From positions 1 through 51,321 of the forward strand of contig RDOB01000011.1 in NCBI GenBank assembly GCA_011364965.1: DNA of 51,321 nucleotides, read 5' to 3'. This document shows, piece by piece, positions 19,402 to 28,746 of this stretch. The first letter of the stretch is position 1. The number at the start of each line of letters is the position of its first letter. A program made the translations under genes and the position numbers. This DNA is from Candidatus Heimdallarchaeota archaeon. Lineage in GTDB: Archaea; Asgardarchaeota; Heimdallarchaeia; Hodarchaeales; Hodarchaeaceae. Below the pieces are notes generated by a model that saw only the letters and a program-made list of their open reading frames with translations, was not told where the DNA came from and made no database searches.

Positions 19402-20335
19402 TAATCTGGTGTTCCATTGATCTCATAATGATCCGAGAAGCGTCCAATTCATTTTTTACAGTAATATCTTCCAAAATAGGTTCAATACCCAAATTCTTAA
19501 GTCTATTCACAAAGGAATGATCTGTTTTATCTATCATAAACGCATCTATTATCTCGGGATATAATTCAACTGTAGATAAAGGATTAGTTTCTCGTCCCCA
19601 AGCATTCAAAAATATTTTAGTAGGCCCAGAAACTGGATTATTTCCAATTATTGGACTTATTGCTATTCGAAATGCTTTTGTCTCTTTTAGAGCCTCTCGT
19701 ATCGGTTTAATGGACAAAATTGGTCCAAGCGAGGAAACTGGATTACTAGGACCAATTATTATTATTTCAGCATTTTTTATGGCATTTAATACCTCATTTG
19801 TAGTACTATTAAGATCTCCCTGAAAAAATACGTTTTTAACTTCAGGTTTCCCTTTATATTTCACCCAATATTCCTGTAAATGTAATATTTCCTCGGAAGT
19901 ACGAATAAAAGTGGTTACAGGATCATTTGACATCGGCAAGATTACTGATTTGATACCTAATTGCTTACGAATCATATCTGTTGCTTGTGTAATACTCTGA
20001 CCCTGATTCAATAACCAAGTTCTATAAAGGCATAAACTGGCATCAAAATCACCAAGATTAAACCATATTTCCTCGTTTAATCGCTTTCTTAAGAAATCTA
20101 TTAAATTAAAGGTATCTCCAGCAACACCCCACCATTTTTCCTTATCTATTATAGCAGAAAGTGTAAATAATACGCTATCAATATCGGGTGATACATATAA
20201 ACCATAAAAATTCCAATCATCCCCCGTATTTCCTATAATAGTTATCTTTTCAGGAGAAATGTCTTTGGGTATTCCTGAAAGCAGTTTAGGTGTGCCTGTG
20301 CCTCCTGACAAGAAAACAAGATTATTAAATTTCAT
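19388..20335 (-). CDS. cofD: 2-phospho-L-lactate transferase CofD
   Basis: LSGGTGTPKL, NTGDD, SPDIDSVLFTL, WFNLGD, LPMSND, HLQEYWV, IGPSNPVSSLGPIL, SPIIG..VSGP. Confidence 0.95.
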   Translation of the reverse strand: MKFNNLVFLSGGTGTPKLLSGIPKDISPEKITIIGNTGDDWNFYGLYVSPDIDSVLFTLSAIIDKEKWWGVAGDTFNLIDFLRKRLNEEIWFNLGDFDASLCLYRTWLLNQGQSITQATDMIRKQLGIKSVILPMSNDPVTTFIRTSEEILHLQEYWVKYKGKPEVKNVFFQGDLNSTTNEVLNAIKNAEIIIIGPSNPVSSLGPILSIKPIREALKETKAFRIAISPIIGNNPVSGPTKIFLNAWGRETNPLSTVELYPEIIDAFMIDKTDHSFVNRLKNLGIEPILEDITVKNELDASRIIMRSMEHQINDFY

Positions 20336-20468
20336 AGAGTAGTCACGTGAAGCGAATATACTTCATTTTTGGAGTTTACAACCAATTTTTTCGCAATACT
20401 TTAATTAATTCAAATTGTTTTATAGCTTACTGCAGTATTTTTCACTTTTTAGCTTAATGATGAGAATG

Positions 20469-21581
20469 ATGGCCAATTCAAGACCTGAATGGGATTTAAT
20501 TTTACTTGGGGAAAATGAAAGTCTTCAAACTCAGACAATTTGGCACGCTGTCTCTATTGCTCGAAGTAAAGGGATCCAAGAGAGGGATATTGTAATAATC
20601 GATTATCCAAAGGATCAGATAGTTTGTTGTGGACTTCACCAATCTATTGATCAAGTTGTTGATATCAAGTACTGTAATAATAACGGAATTGCTATCACTC
20701 GTCGTGCAGTTGGTGGAGGAGCTGTTTTATTGGACAAGAATCAGCTTTTTTACAATGTAATAAGTCATATTGATTCTAAAATTGTCCCCCGTCGAATTGA
20801 ACCATTATTTTCTACCTTACTCGCACCAGTAGTGGATACTTATAAATCCTTTGGGATAGATGCAGTGTATCGGCCAATAAATGATATTTTGGTTAATAAT
20901 CGCAAAATCTCAGGAAATGGGGCAGGAATAATTGAAAAAGCTCAAGTTTTAGTTGGGAACTTTATTTTAGATTTCCCTCGTAAAGAGATGGTTAAAGTCC
21001 TTCGAGTTCCCAATGAGAAATTTCGAGATAAGGTACATAAGTCTTTATCATCGGGAATTTCATCATTTAAAGATGAACTCGGAATAATACCTCCTAAAGA
21101 AGAAATTATTAAGAGATATGTTCATTACACGGAAAAACGCCTTGGAATCAAGCTTAAGGAGAATTCATTAAAAGCAGAAACTATTGAAATCATGAAAGAG
21201 TTAAACACTCATTATCAATCGGACGATTGGCTATATCAAGTCTCACAAAGGGGGAAAAACCTTCTTTCACAAATTAAAATACATAGCAACAAATATGTAA
21301 TCGAAAGTAATTATAAAGCTCAAGGTGGTTTGGTTCAAGTAACCTGTGAATTTCAGGGCTCAATTCTCAAAGATATTCTAATTAGTGGAGATTTTTGGAT
21401 ATATCCAGATACTTTACTTCCCTATCTAGAAGAATCTCTGAAAGGATTCGATGTTGAACATGGAGATCTTGCCTCGAGCATTTTACACTTCCTAAGAGAA
21501 AATGATTGTGAGAGTCCAGGTACGTCAGCACAGGATTTGGCTAAACCGATCATTGAAGCATATCAACAACTTCCGAAATGA
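20469..21581 (+). CDS. Lipoate-protein ligase A family, with C-terminal LplB-like domain
   Basis: GLHQ, RRAVGGGAVLLD, RPINDI..NRKISGNG, YKAQGGLV, ISGDF. Start is one of the ATGs at 20457-20469. Confidence 0.9.
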   Translation: MANSRPEWDLILLGENESLQTQTIWHAVSIARSKGIQERDIVIIDYPKDQIVCCGLHQSIDQVVDIKYCNNNGIAITRRAVGGGAVLLDKNQLFYNVISHIDSKIVPRRIEPLFSTLLAPVVDTYKSFGIDAVYRPINDILVNNRKISGNGAGIIEKAQVLVGNFILDFPRKEMVKVLRVPNEKFRDKVHKSLSSGISSFKDELGIIPPKEEIIKRYVHYTEKRLGIKLKENSLKAETIEIMKELNTHYQSDDWLYQVSQRGKNLLSQIKIHSNKYVIESNYKAQGGLVQVTCEFQGSILKDILISGDFWIYPDTLLPYLEESLKGFDVEHGDLASSILHFLRENDCESPGTSAQDLAKPIIEAYQQLPK

Positions 21582-21687
21582 TCAGTAAATCAGCTCACAT
21601 CCTCATTCTATGTAATACTTAACCAGTAAAAATCTAGAATGGATTTTTTTACTTCTCTTTGAAAAAAGAATATGAAAATCACTTTTA

Positions 21688-22311
21688 TTAATTGGATTGC
21701 TGTCCCAAGTATGTAATCACTAGTTTTATGGCATTTTTCATGCTCTCAAGACTCATTGAGGGTGAGTTAGGATTGGATAATGCCTGTTCAGGAAGAAGGG
21801 GGAGATGGATGAATCCGGCAAGAACTTTCTGGTTTGGGGGGGAATTATTTACATGGTGCATCGAATAATAGAAAATTTGGTTACATCCAAACGTCCCTGC
21901 TGAATAAGAGATGTATGAAGGAATTTTATGCTTTTCTAAATATTGTACAAGAAATTTCAATGGAAGGGAACTGAAATAGGCTAAGGGGCCTTCTTTTATA
22001 AGTATTTCATCATCAGGGGTTGTGCCACAATTGTAAGCTACTTTTTGAGCATTAGCTAAATTAATAGCGACCTTTTCAAATGAGATTGCAGGCCGAGGAG
22101 CTTGTCCTAAGTTGATTATAAAATTTGGCGAGATTTCTTTAATATTCGTAGTAATAGCAGCATAAATCTCATTAAACTTCAGTGGGATCACACGTCCAGA
22201 TATTTTTATATCAGAAATGGTGTATCCATCAAAATCTCGAGCGATAAGTTCGGAAGGATTTACTTCATATCCCCCAAATGGTTCAAATCCAGTCAATAAT
22301 AATTTCTTCAT
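21688..22311 (-). CDS. pcp: Pyrrolidone-carboxylate peptidase (pyroglutamyl-peptidase I)
   Basis: LLTGFEPFGG..NPS, LGQA, EKVAIN, SYSAGTFGCN (catalytic Cys), GFIHLP. Start at MKKLLL (ATG 22311). Confidence 0.95.
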   Translation of the reverse strand: MKKLLLTGFEPFGGYEVNPSELIARDFDGYTISDIKISGRVIPLKFNEIYAAITTNIKEISPNFIINLGQAPRPAISFEKVAINLANAQKVAYNCGTTPDDEILIKEGPLAYFSSLPLKFLVQYLEKHKIPSYISYSAGTFGCNQIFYYSMHHVNNSPPNQKVLAGFIHLPLLPEQALSNPNSPSMSLESMKNAIKLVITYLGQQSN

Positions 22312-22420
22312 CTTAAATACCCCGATACTTGTATTATCTTTCTTATTTTCCCAATAAGGATTTTTATAGGCATTATTTTTGATTCTTATTCTTGGACTAT
22401 ATAGCATGGAAAGAAAATAT

Positions 22421-23044
22421 ATGGCACAATCTGAGGCAGATTGGGAAGAATACGCAAAAAATACATTTTCCCCAATTATTCGTGCACATTATTACTTTAC
22501 TGTTTGGCGAAATTACCGAATACTTCTCTTTGGGCTAAATTTTCCCTCGGGATCGATTTTAGAGATAGGTTCCTCGACAGGACAAATATCTTTGCGTTTA
22601 TCCCTGAAATACAAATTGAAACCAGTTTTAGTAGATAATTCTCAGATTGCTCTTGCATTAGCAAAATATAATTTTAAAAATACTGGAATTCAACCTAAAC
22701 TGATATTTGGAGACGCCTTATCTTTATCTTTAAACCAAAAATTTGACATCGTGCATTCTCATGGGTTATTGGAACATTTTGAGAGAAGAGAGCAACAAAT
22801 TGTTTTTCTAAACCATGTTAATCATTTAAAAACGAATGGTTTACTAATTTGTTGGGTTCCAACACCTGATTGGACATATAGAATCAATAGATGGTACCTT
22901 GAGAACACTAATCAATGGATATTTGGATTTGAACAACCTATTCCTCCAAATGAATTTATAGAGATTTTCGAAAGACATCATTTAAGGATAATTCGAATTC
23001 GTCATATGCCAGGTTGGATAGGAATTCTTGCATTAAAACCTTAG
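22421..23044 (+). CDS. Class I SAM-dependent methyltransferase
   Basis: ILEIGSSTG, VDNS, GDA, FDIVHSHGLLEHF, NGLL..VP. Confidence 0.88.
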   Translation: MAQSEADWEEYAKNTFSPIIRAHYYFTVWRNYRILLFGLNFPSGSILEIGSSTGQISLRLSLKYKLKPVLVDNSQIALALAKYNFKNTGIQPKLIFGDALSLSLNQKFDIVHSHGLLEHFERREQQIVFLNHVNHLKTNGLLICWVPTPDWTYRINRWYLENTNQWIFGFEQPIPPNEFIEIFERHHLRIIRIRHMPGWIGILALKP

Positions 23045-23074
23045 ATTTCCAATCTCTCTTTTAATAGTAAAGAA

Positions 23075-24073
23075 TCACTCGTTCTCAGGCACAGAGGGAA
23101 AAATCGAGCTTACATTTTCAGGATTAAAGGAAAAAATTTCGTTTGGTTTAAGAATTTGGGCTGATTTTCCAGTTTTTCCATGTATTGATCCAGGTAATCG
23201 TAATAACCGTCTTAGATCAATAGAAACCTTATGATCAATGCGAGGAACCCACCTACGTAGAATTTCATCATATTTATTTATCTTTGCTAAGCTTTTATTG
23301 AATCTCATGGAAAGATTTTGGTCTATTTTCCCATCCTGCTGTTCAATTTGTTTTTGAAAATTGGAAGCGAGACTAGAACTGAATCCCAAACTCATCAGAT
23401 CTTTTTTCCTTGCATTTTTCAAAAAGAAATCAAAAACACCATGTTCCACACGTTTCCGAAACTCATACTTAAGTGAATCACGATCTTGGACGCGAGCTGT
23501 CTCATTTTCTCCTAGTAATACTGTTAAATAGTTTATAATAGACATCCGTTGCCCTTGTCCTAGTTCAAATCCCACGCTATCTTGAACCCACCCATGAACT
23601 CCACGTCGACCTGAAAATAACCAGGTGATTTTTGACAGACCAAAATCCTCTCTTAAAGTCTCATCGATTATACTTATTGCGAGAACTACTAGCTGCCAAC
23701 AGCGAATACACACTTGATTCGCGCCTTGACAATCGCATATATGACTCCGTACTGAATCATACTCATTTAGATCAATATCAAACACTAATTCATGTCCTTT
23801 CCACTCCAGCGTATGAATTGGGTGCTCTCTGGATGGAGGCGCATCATACAAAGCACCAATATATGCATGTAGAGGAGTACGATCTGCTAGATAATCCTTT
23901 AATGCGTTTGGGGATTCAAATGAAAGGTTACGGAAGAATCGCCCGCTAGGAGGTACAAATCCAAATTCCCGATTTTCAAAATGCTCGAATGAAATAACTT
24001 GTTCTAATTCTTTCAGATTGAAATTAGTCGTATAATAATCCCTGATCGCGGTTTTGATTCCTTTTGATAACAT
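23075..24073 (-). CDS. priS: DNA primase small (catalytic) subunit, eukaryote-like
   Basis: REFGF, ELVFDIDLNEYD, Zn knuckle CDC...CIRCW, LREDFG, FSGRRGVHGWV, PRIDHKVS, RLLRLPGSIHGKTG. ATG 24073 follows the priL stop. Confidence 0.95.
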   Translation of the reverse strand: MLSKGIKTAIRDYYTTNFNLKELEQVISFEHFENREFGFVPPSGRFFRNLSFESPNALKDYLADRTPLHAYIGALYDAPPSREHPIHTLEWKGHELVFDIDLNEYDSVRSHICDCQGANQVCIRCWQLVVLAISIIDETLREDFGLSKITWLFSGRRGVHGWVQDSVGFELGQGQRMSIINYLTVLLGENETARVQDRDSLKYEFRKRVEHGVFDFFLKNARKKDLMSLGFSSSLASNFQKQIEQQDGKIDQNLSMRFNKSLAKINKYDEILRRWVPRIDHKVSIDLRRLLRLPGSIHGKTGKSAQILKPNEIFSFNPENVSSIFPSVPENE

Positions 24074-24074
24074 T

Positions 24075-25400
24075 TTAGTCCTCTTTGTCTTTTTTCTCTG
24101 CAAGTTTCGAGCTTTTCTCTTCTAATAACCCCTCAACTTTACTTGCATATCTAGTCCATTGCATAGGATGAGCGATATTCCGATATAAAGATCGTCCATA
24201 TACCACTGGAAAGTATTGGCTGCAAGCTAAAGTAGGGTTACTAGAGCTTAAAGAGATCATTCTTTCTAGTTGTTTCTGGGATGGAACTATAGATTTACGT
24301 TTCACCAAGTGATTTTGGGTTAAAAACTCCCCAAGAATGTTGGGAGCAAGGTGAACAAAAGGACAGAAGTAACTTGTAGCAATTGTTGAGCATTTAGGAA
24401 TATTATAATCCTTTTTGCCACCTTCTAAACCATATAAGTGACGTATCTGATACCCCGAGGTTCGAATAAACTCCTCAAACCTGACTCCAACATTATCAAC
24501 TGATTTCTCAAACCAGTAATGGAGTTGTTCGTCTACAGTCATCCCTATTTTCTTTAGAAAAAAGCCCAATTGTAATCGATACGCATGTATAAGTCTTCCA
24601 GTTTTTTCAAATTCAGAAAAAAGATAAATCATACAGGGTGGAAAAATTTCGGGATGAGATTGCAAATCTTTTCCTTCAAAATCCGTTTCGGAAAATCTTG
24701 ATCGAATTTGGGCATGTTTTGCTACATACTGCTCAATTTCTTTAACAGCAATATCAATTGTTTCTCTGGTACCAAGCAAATCTCTCGCATTCTCAATTTC
24801 TATCTGTAATTTCTTCTCAAAAGCCTTTTTTAAACTACCAATGAATTCTTTGTGATTTGCGATCACCCACCCTTTTCTAAGATATCCCTTGCGTTTGGAA
24901 ATCATTGGGGGGACTTGAGTAAAAAAGACACAGATGAGAAAGTTTTGGGTTGTTGAACGAGGACGTGAGTGATATTCTTGATAAAGAGCGGCTAAATTCT
25001 GGTTATCTTTCTCATCGTTCTTATATTTAAATACTTCGTACTCCATAACGTTTTCTTTGCCAAATAATTCCTGAAATATTGTTTTCTTTTCATCAGGATT
25101 AGCACGATCATCGTAAAGTCGTTCGAAAAGATCTCCTTCCAGCTCGATCAACCAGGCTTCTAATCGACGGTTTGTAGCTGCAACTAATCTAAGTAAATAT
25201 GCACCTAATCGGTATTCAGAATAAATTCTATCCAGTTGTCTGTCCTCTGTTATTGGAAAATAGTCTCTAATCACTCGTGAGGGATCTTGAGGTAATTCTT
25301 CAAGTAATTTCACGCGATCGAATGCTAGCTCTTTCCATTGACTAATCTCGATGTTGAGATCAGGAGGAGTCTGTAATATATACCAGTTGGGTAATATTAT
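24075..25400 (-). CDS. priL: DNA primase large subunit with [4Fe-4S] C-terminal domain, eukaryote Pri2/PRIM2-like; true start uncertain
   Basis: FPPCM, RLQLGFFLKKIG, YQIRHLYGLEG..DY..PKC, CPF, ACSQYF, HP. Frame extends upstream of GTG 25313 to 25412 and encodes WYILQTPPDLNIEISQWKELAFDRVKLL. Confidence 0.92.
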   Translation of the reverse strand: MILPNWYILQTPPDLNIEISQWKELAFDRVKLLEELPQDPSRVIRDYFPITEDRQLDRIYSEYRLGAYLLRLVAATNRRLEAWLIELEGDLFERLYDDRANPDEKKTIFQELFGKENVMEYEVFKYKNDEKDNQNLAALYQEYHSRPRSTTQNFLICVFFTQVPPMISKRKGYLRKGWVIANHKEFIGSLKKAFEKKLQIEIENARDLLGTRETIDIAVKEIEQYVAKHAQIRSRFSETDFEGKDLQSHPEIFPPCMIYLFSEFEKTGRLIHAYRLQLGFFLKKIGMTVDEQLHYWFEKSVDNVGVRFEEFIRTSGYQIRHLYGLEGGKKDYNIPKCSTIATSYFCPFVHLAPNILGEFLTQNHLVKRKSIVPSQKQLERMISLSSSNPTLACSQYFPVVYGRSLYRNIAHPMQWTRYASKVEGLLEEKSSKLAEKKDKED

Positions 25401-25620
25401 GGCAAATACATCCTATCTAACTAATCAATTTTTTATGACGCTCAAAGAGAATACATGAGTAAACGTTTCTTAAATCCTTCAGTTTTCAGTTACCGAACAA
25501 TTTATGTGAATCAACTTTCCTTTTAGAGATTTTTAGTAATATGGTATCAATACAAACTTTCAAAGTTGATTGATTAAGTAATTATTAATAATCACCTGCA
25601 ATTTTTCGTGATTTATACTG

Positions 25621-26232
25621 GTGAGACTCATTCCTGACATATACCTACAATATTGTACTCAAAAGATGGACATCGTTGAAAAATTCCTTCCAGACCACTC
25701 TGGACAAATTTTAGATGTAGGTTGTGGTAATGTAGAAGTAACAGGACTTCAGTATTGTGATTCCCGACTTCGGACGAAACATCGAGTCATTGGTGTTGAT
25801 ATTAACCCTGGACAACAAGCGAATGTAGTTACAGCAAGTGCTCAAGATCTCCCTTTTTCTGATCAATCAATCGATTATGTTGTATCTTTTGATGTGATTG
25901 AACATATAGAGAATTATCCAGAAGTTATTGAAGAAATGTTGAGAGTGACGAAAGAAAGAGCGATAATAATTGTTCCAACCACTTCTAAACTATACGTTAG
26001 AAAAAGTATCAATCTATTTCGTCGTATGATCGGTGGAGCTGGTTCTAAATATGGACAATTATTATTGCAGGGCCATTACTATGAATTTTTTAAGGAGGAG
26101 ATCTTCCAATTTAAAGGTAAGGATTTTCGAGTAAGTTTTATGAAAATAGATTATCCTATACTAGGAAAATCATTTTTCAATAGGTCAGGTTTAATTTTTG
26201 CTGGGATATTCATTTTTGATAGATTGAAATAA
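25621..26232 (+). CDS. Class I SAM-dependent methyltransferase (type 11)
   Basis: ILDVGCG, IGVDI, SAQDLPF..SIDYV...DVIEH. Confidence 0.9.
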   Translation: MRLIPDIYLQYCTQKMDIVEKFLPDHSGQILDVGCGNVEVTGLQYCDSRLRTKHRVIGVDINPGQQANVVTASAQDLPFSDQSIDYVVSFDVIEHIENYPEVIEEMLRVTKERAIIIVPTTSKLYVRKSINLFRRMIGGAGSKYGQLLLQGHYYEFFKEEIFQFKGKDFRVSFMKIDYPILGKSFFNRSGLIFAGIFIFDRLK

Positions 26233-26239
26233 AATCAGT

Positions 26240-27325
26240 TCAATAGTATTGGAAGGAGGATGATTCTTCTTCTGAGATTGGTAGATCTAAGGGAGTTATA
26301 TCACGATTTTCAAAGATCGCTTGATTATCTATTAAAGATTTGAGTATTTGAGACTCTTTTTTTCGGGTTATTTTGTCCATTCGTGGAGCCCAGATTTGTA
26401 ATCCAGCCAATAAGGCACCACGGATGTACGGAATCCCCGCACGAACGATAATTTTTGGTATGGATGGCATATCAAAAAATAATCTATCATAAACGGGATT
26501 TCTCGCTCCCACTTTAGAGTCAGGGTTCAGATGTAAAATAAGATCATAACGTAGATTATATTCTAGATTATGCAGTAAAAAAGAAAACCAATCTGACCAT
26601 ATTTGTGCATGTCCTCCTGTTCCATGGGTTTGAATTTTAATTTTTTTAGGAGACTTTTTAGCAGAATGAAGATATTCTAAAATTTCTTCTTGTGTGGATC
26701 CTTCCACATATGTATAGCACCGTCCAATCATATTTGGTTGATGACTATCACCACCTGCTATTCCAGGCAAGCCCAATGCGCGTGCAACAATTTGTGCTAA
26801 ATAATTATGACGTTTAGGTTGTAATCCGTTTACTATTTCAACCATACGAAATCGTTTTAGGATAGAAAAATTTATTCTTAAAGTTTGACGGTCATATCCT
26901 CCTGCAGGTGCACTCTGAGAGAGATCAAATGGATGTGCTAGAATATATACGGCATTATGGTCATCTAAGTAATCTAAAAATTCAGGTAGAGGTTTAAACC
27001 GAATTTCCCATGGAATGGATTCTAATCCGTATGTTAGAACATGAGACCATCCTTGTTTTTTTTGGTTATATTTTGTGACTTCCTGTCCAATGATTGGTAT
27101 TATATCATTAAATCGTGACGCATATTTAACAAAAGGTTTGATACCATTCATATTATCATGATCGGTAAGCGCTATTGCTCCTAATTTTCGACGACGAGCT
27201 ACTTTAACAAGTAATTTGGGGGAAATTGCGGAATCTTGGAAAAAATGTATACCTCTCAATTTAGGAATTCTAAGCATGGAGTAATATGTATGAGCATGGA
27301 GATCAGCTTTTGTAAGATCATTCAT
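26240..27325 (-). CDS. PHP-domain metal-dependent phosphoesterase
   Basis: DLHAHT, ALTDHD, GQEV, AHPF, EIVNG, GGDSH. Confidence 0.9.
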   Translation of the reverse strand: MNDLTKADLHAHTYYSMLRIPKLRGIHFFQDSAISPKLLVKVARRRKLGAIALTDHDNMNGIKPFVKYASRFNDIIPIIGQEVTKYNQKKQGWSHVLTYGLESIPWEIRFKPLPEFLDYLDDHNAVYILAHPFDLSQSAPAGGYDRQTLRINFSILKRFRMVEIVNGLQPKRHNYLAQIVARALGLPGIAGGDSHQPNMIGRCYTYVEGSTQEEILEYLHSAKKSPKKIKIQTHGTGGHAQIWSDWFSFLLHNLEYNLRYDLILHLNPDSKVGARNPVYDRLFFDMPSIPKIIVRAGIPYIRGALLAGLQIWAPRMDKITRKKESQILKSLIDNQAIFENRDITPLDLPISEEESSSFQYY

Positions 27326-27489
27326 ATTAACATCTCAGATTTCTTAGTCCTAGGAAGCCTTACTAAAAACACCAAACACAAACCTATTTTTTTAACCTTT
27401 TCTAAAGATCTTATTCTACTTTTTAGGGAGGAGGATAGAAGTCGCAATTAATGCCCTCTAGCAAAGCAAATAATAGAACATTGCACGTT

Positions 27490-28653
27490 TCAATCATGAA
27501 TTACTGCTAATTCCTCTTCGATATCTTTTTTTGTCACTTGAATTTTACTCATAGCATATACAATAATTCCAACTAGAATTACAAAATAGAATTTTGCTAG
27601 TTGCACAAGAAAGGCACCTGCAGTAGCAATTGTTGATGTTAGACCTAATCCTTTGTTAAGAAAAAACGCTAAACTTATCTCTTTTAGTCCAGCCATCCCA
27701 GGAATCCCAACTGGAATAAGATCGACAGTCCCTGCCAAAAAATTTACAGCTGCGACCTGATCCAGCAATATTGGAATTTGAATTGAATGAAGCAAGATTA
27801 ATATTGCTATCCAATGGGCCATTTGAGATAAAAAGGCCAAAATTAAAGCAAACGTTGAAGAGATTTTATTTTGTGATAAATATGTGAATTGAATACTGAA
27901 ATCATCAATTAAATCAATCGATGCTGCTTTGGCATTTTCTGACCAGCCTTTGAGGGAAGAAGTCCTACCTATAGCACCAAATAAGGAATTGAATATCCTT
28001 TTAACAGTCTTAGGAGACTTAGCAATTATCAAGAAAATAATTAATGCAAATATTGAAATTGAAGTAATAATTAAAATAAATATGACTGCAAATTCTTCCG
28101 AAAGGGGTTGTCCATATTCATTTTCGAGAATATCACTGAAATATTCTAATATGGCAATAGCTACAAAAACTGAGATGGGAATAAACGATAATAACCCGCA
28201 GAGCTTGTGAGCAACAACACTGGACAAGATTTCTCCACTCGTAGCAGTTTTTTGTTCTCGTTCATTGAAGAAAACCTTTTTTCCCATAGAAATTCTCATT
28301 AGTATCTCAACAGCTCCAGCACTTGGAATCAGAAGACCATATGAAAAGGAGGAGAGTTGAATTCTATAAACTAAGGAAAGAGGAGGATTTATTGAGGAGA
28401 TTTTCATTAAGATTTTCCAAGCGATAGAGTCAATTAATACGACAATGAAGGTAATAGATGATCCAATAAGAAGTAAAAGAAGATTAGCACTTAGAATAAG
28501 TCGAATTATAGTTGTAATACTGATATCCTCAAGAATAAAATAGAATAAAAGAGCGATTACTGCAAAACCTAAAAGAAGAATCGTTTTTTTGTCAAATGCT
28601 TTACGAATCGAAATTTCTTTGAGTGTGGATTTAGTATCTGGTGGATTATCCAA
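27490..28653 (-). CDS. UPF0104-type flippase-like membrane protein
   Basis: Polytopic; W..L, LIPSAG..E, PVGIPGMAGLKE; similar architecture to 12554-13564. Confidence 0.8.
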   Translation of the reverse strand: MDNPPDTKSTLKEISIRKAFDKKTILLLGFAVIALLFYFILEDISITTIIRLILSANLLLLLIGSSITFIVVLIDSIAWKILMKISSINPPLSLVYRIQLSSFSYGLLIPSAGAVEILMRISMGKKVFFNEREQKTATSGEILSSVVAHKLCGLLSFIPISVFVAIAILEYFSDILENEYGQPLSEEFAVIFILIITSISIFALIIFLIIAKSPKTVKRIFNSLFGAIGRTSSLKGWSENAKAASIDLIDDFSIQFTYLSQNKISSTFALILAFLSQMAHWIAILILLHSIQIPILLDQVAAVNFLAGTVDLIPVGIPGMAGLKEISLAFFLNKGLGLTSTIATAGAFLVQLAKFYFVILVGIIVYAMSKIQVTKKDIEEELAVIHD

Positions 28654-28746
28654 TGAACTGACCTCGTTGAATGGGAAATATCAATCTACGGAAAATCCAT
28701 ATATTCTTTTCTTATGAACTACTCAGAGTATAATAGCTGATAAAAA

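Noticed and set aside
22312-22420. Overlapping N-terminal extensions of pcp and the methyltransferase in the ORF track
   Set aside because: Homology starts at MKKLLL (22311) and near 22406/22421; the stretch is better read as a divergent promoter region.
23075-25412. Eukaryotic contamination or viral origin of the primase genes
   Set aside because: Intron-free, operonic, similar composition to flanking archaeal genes, and no viral hallmark genes.
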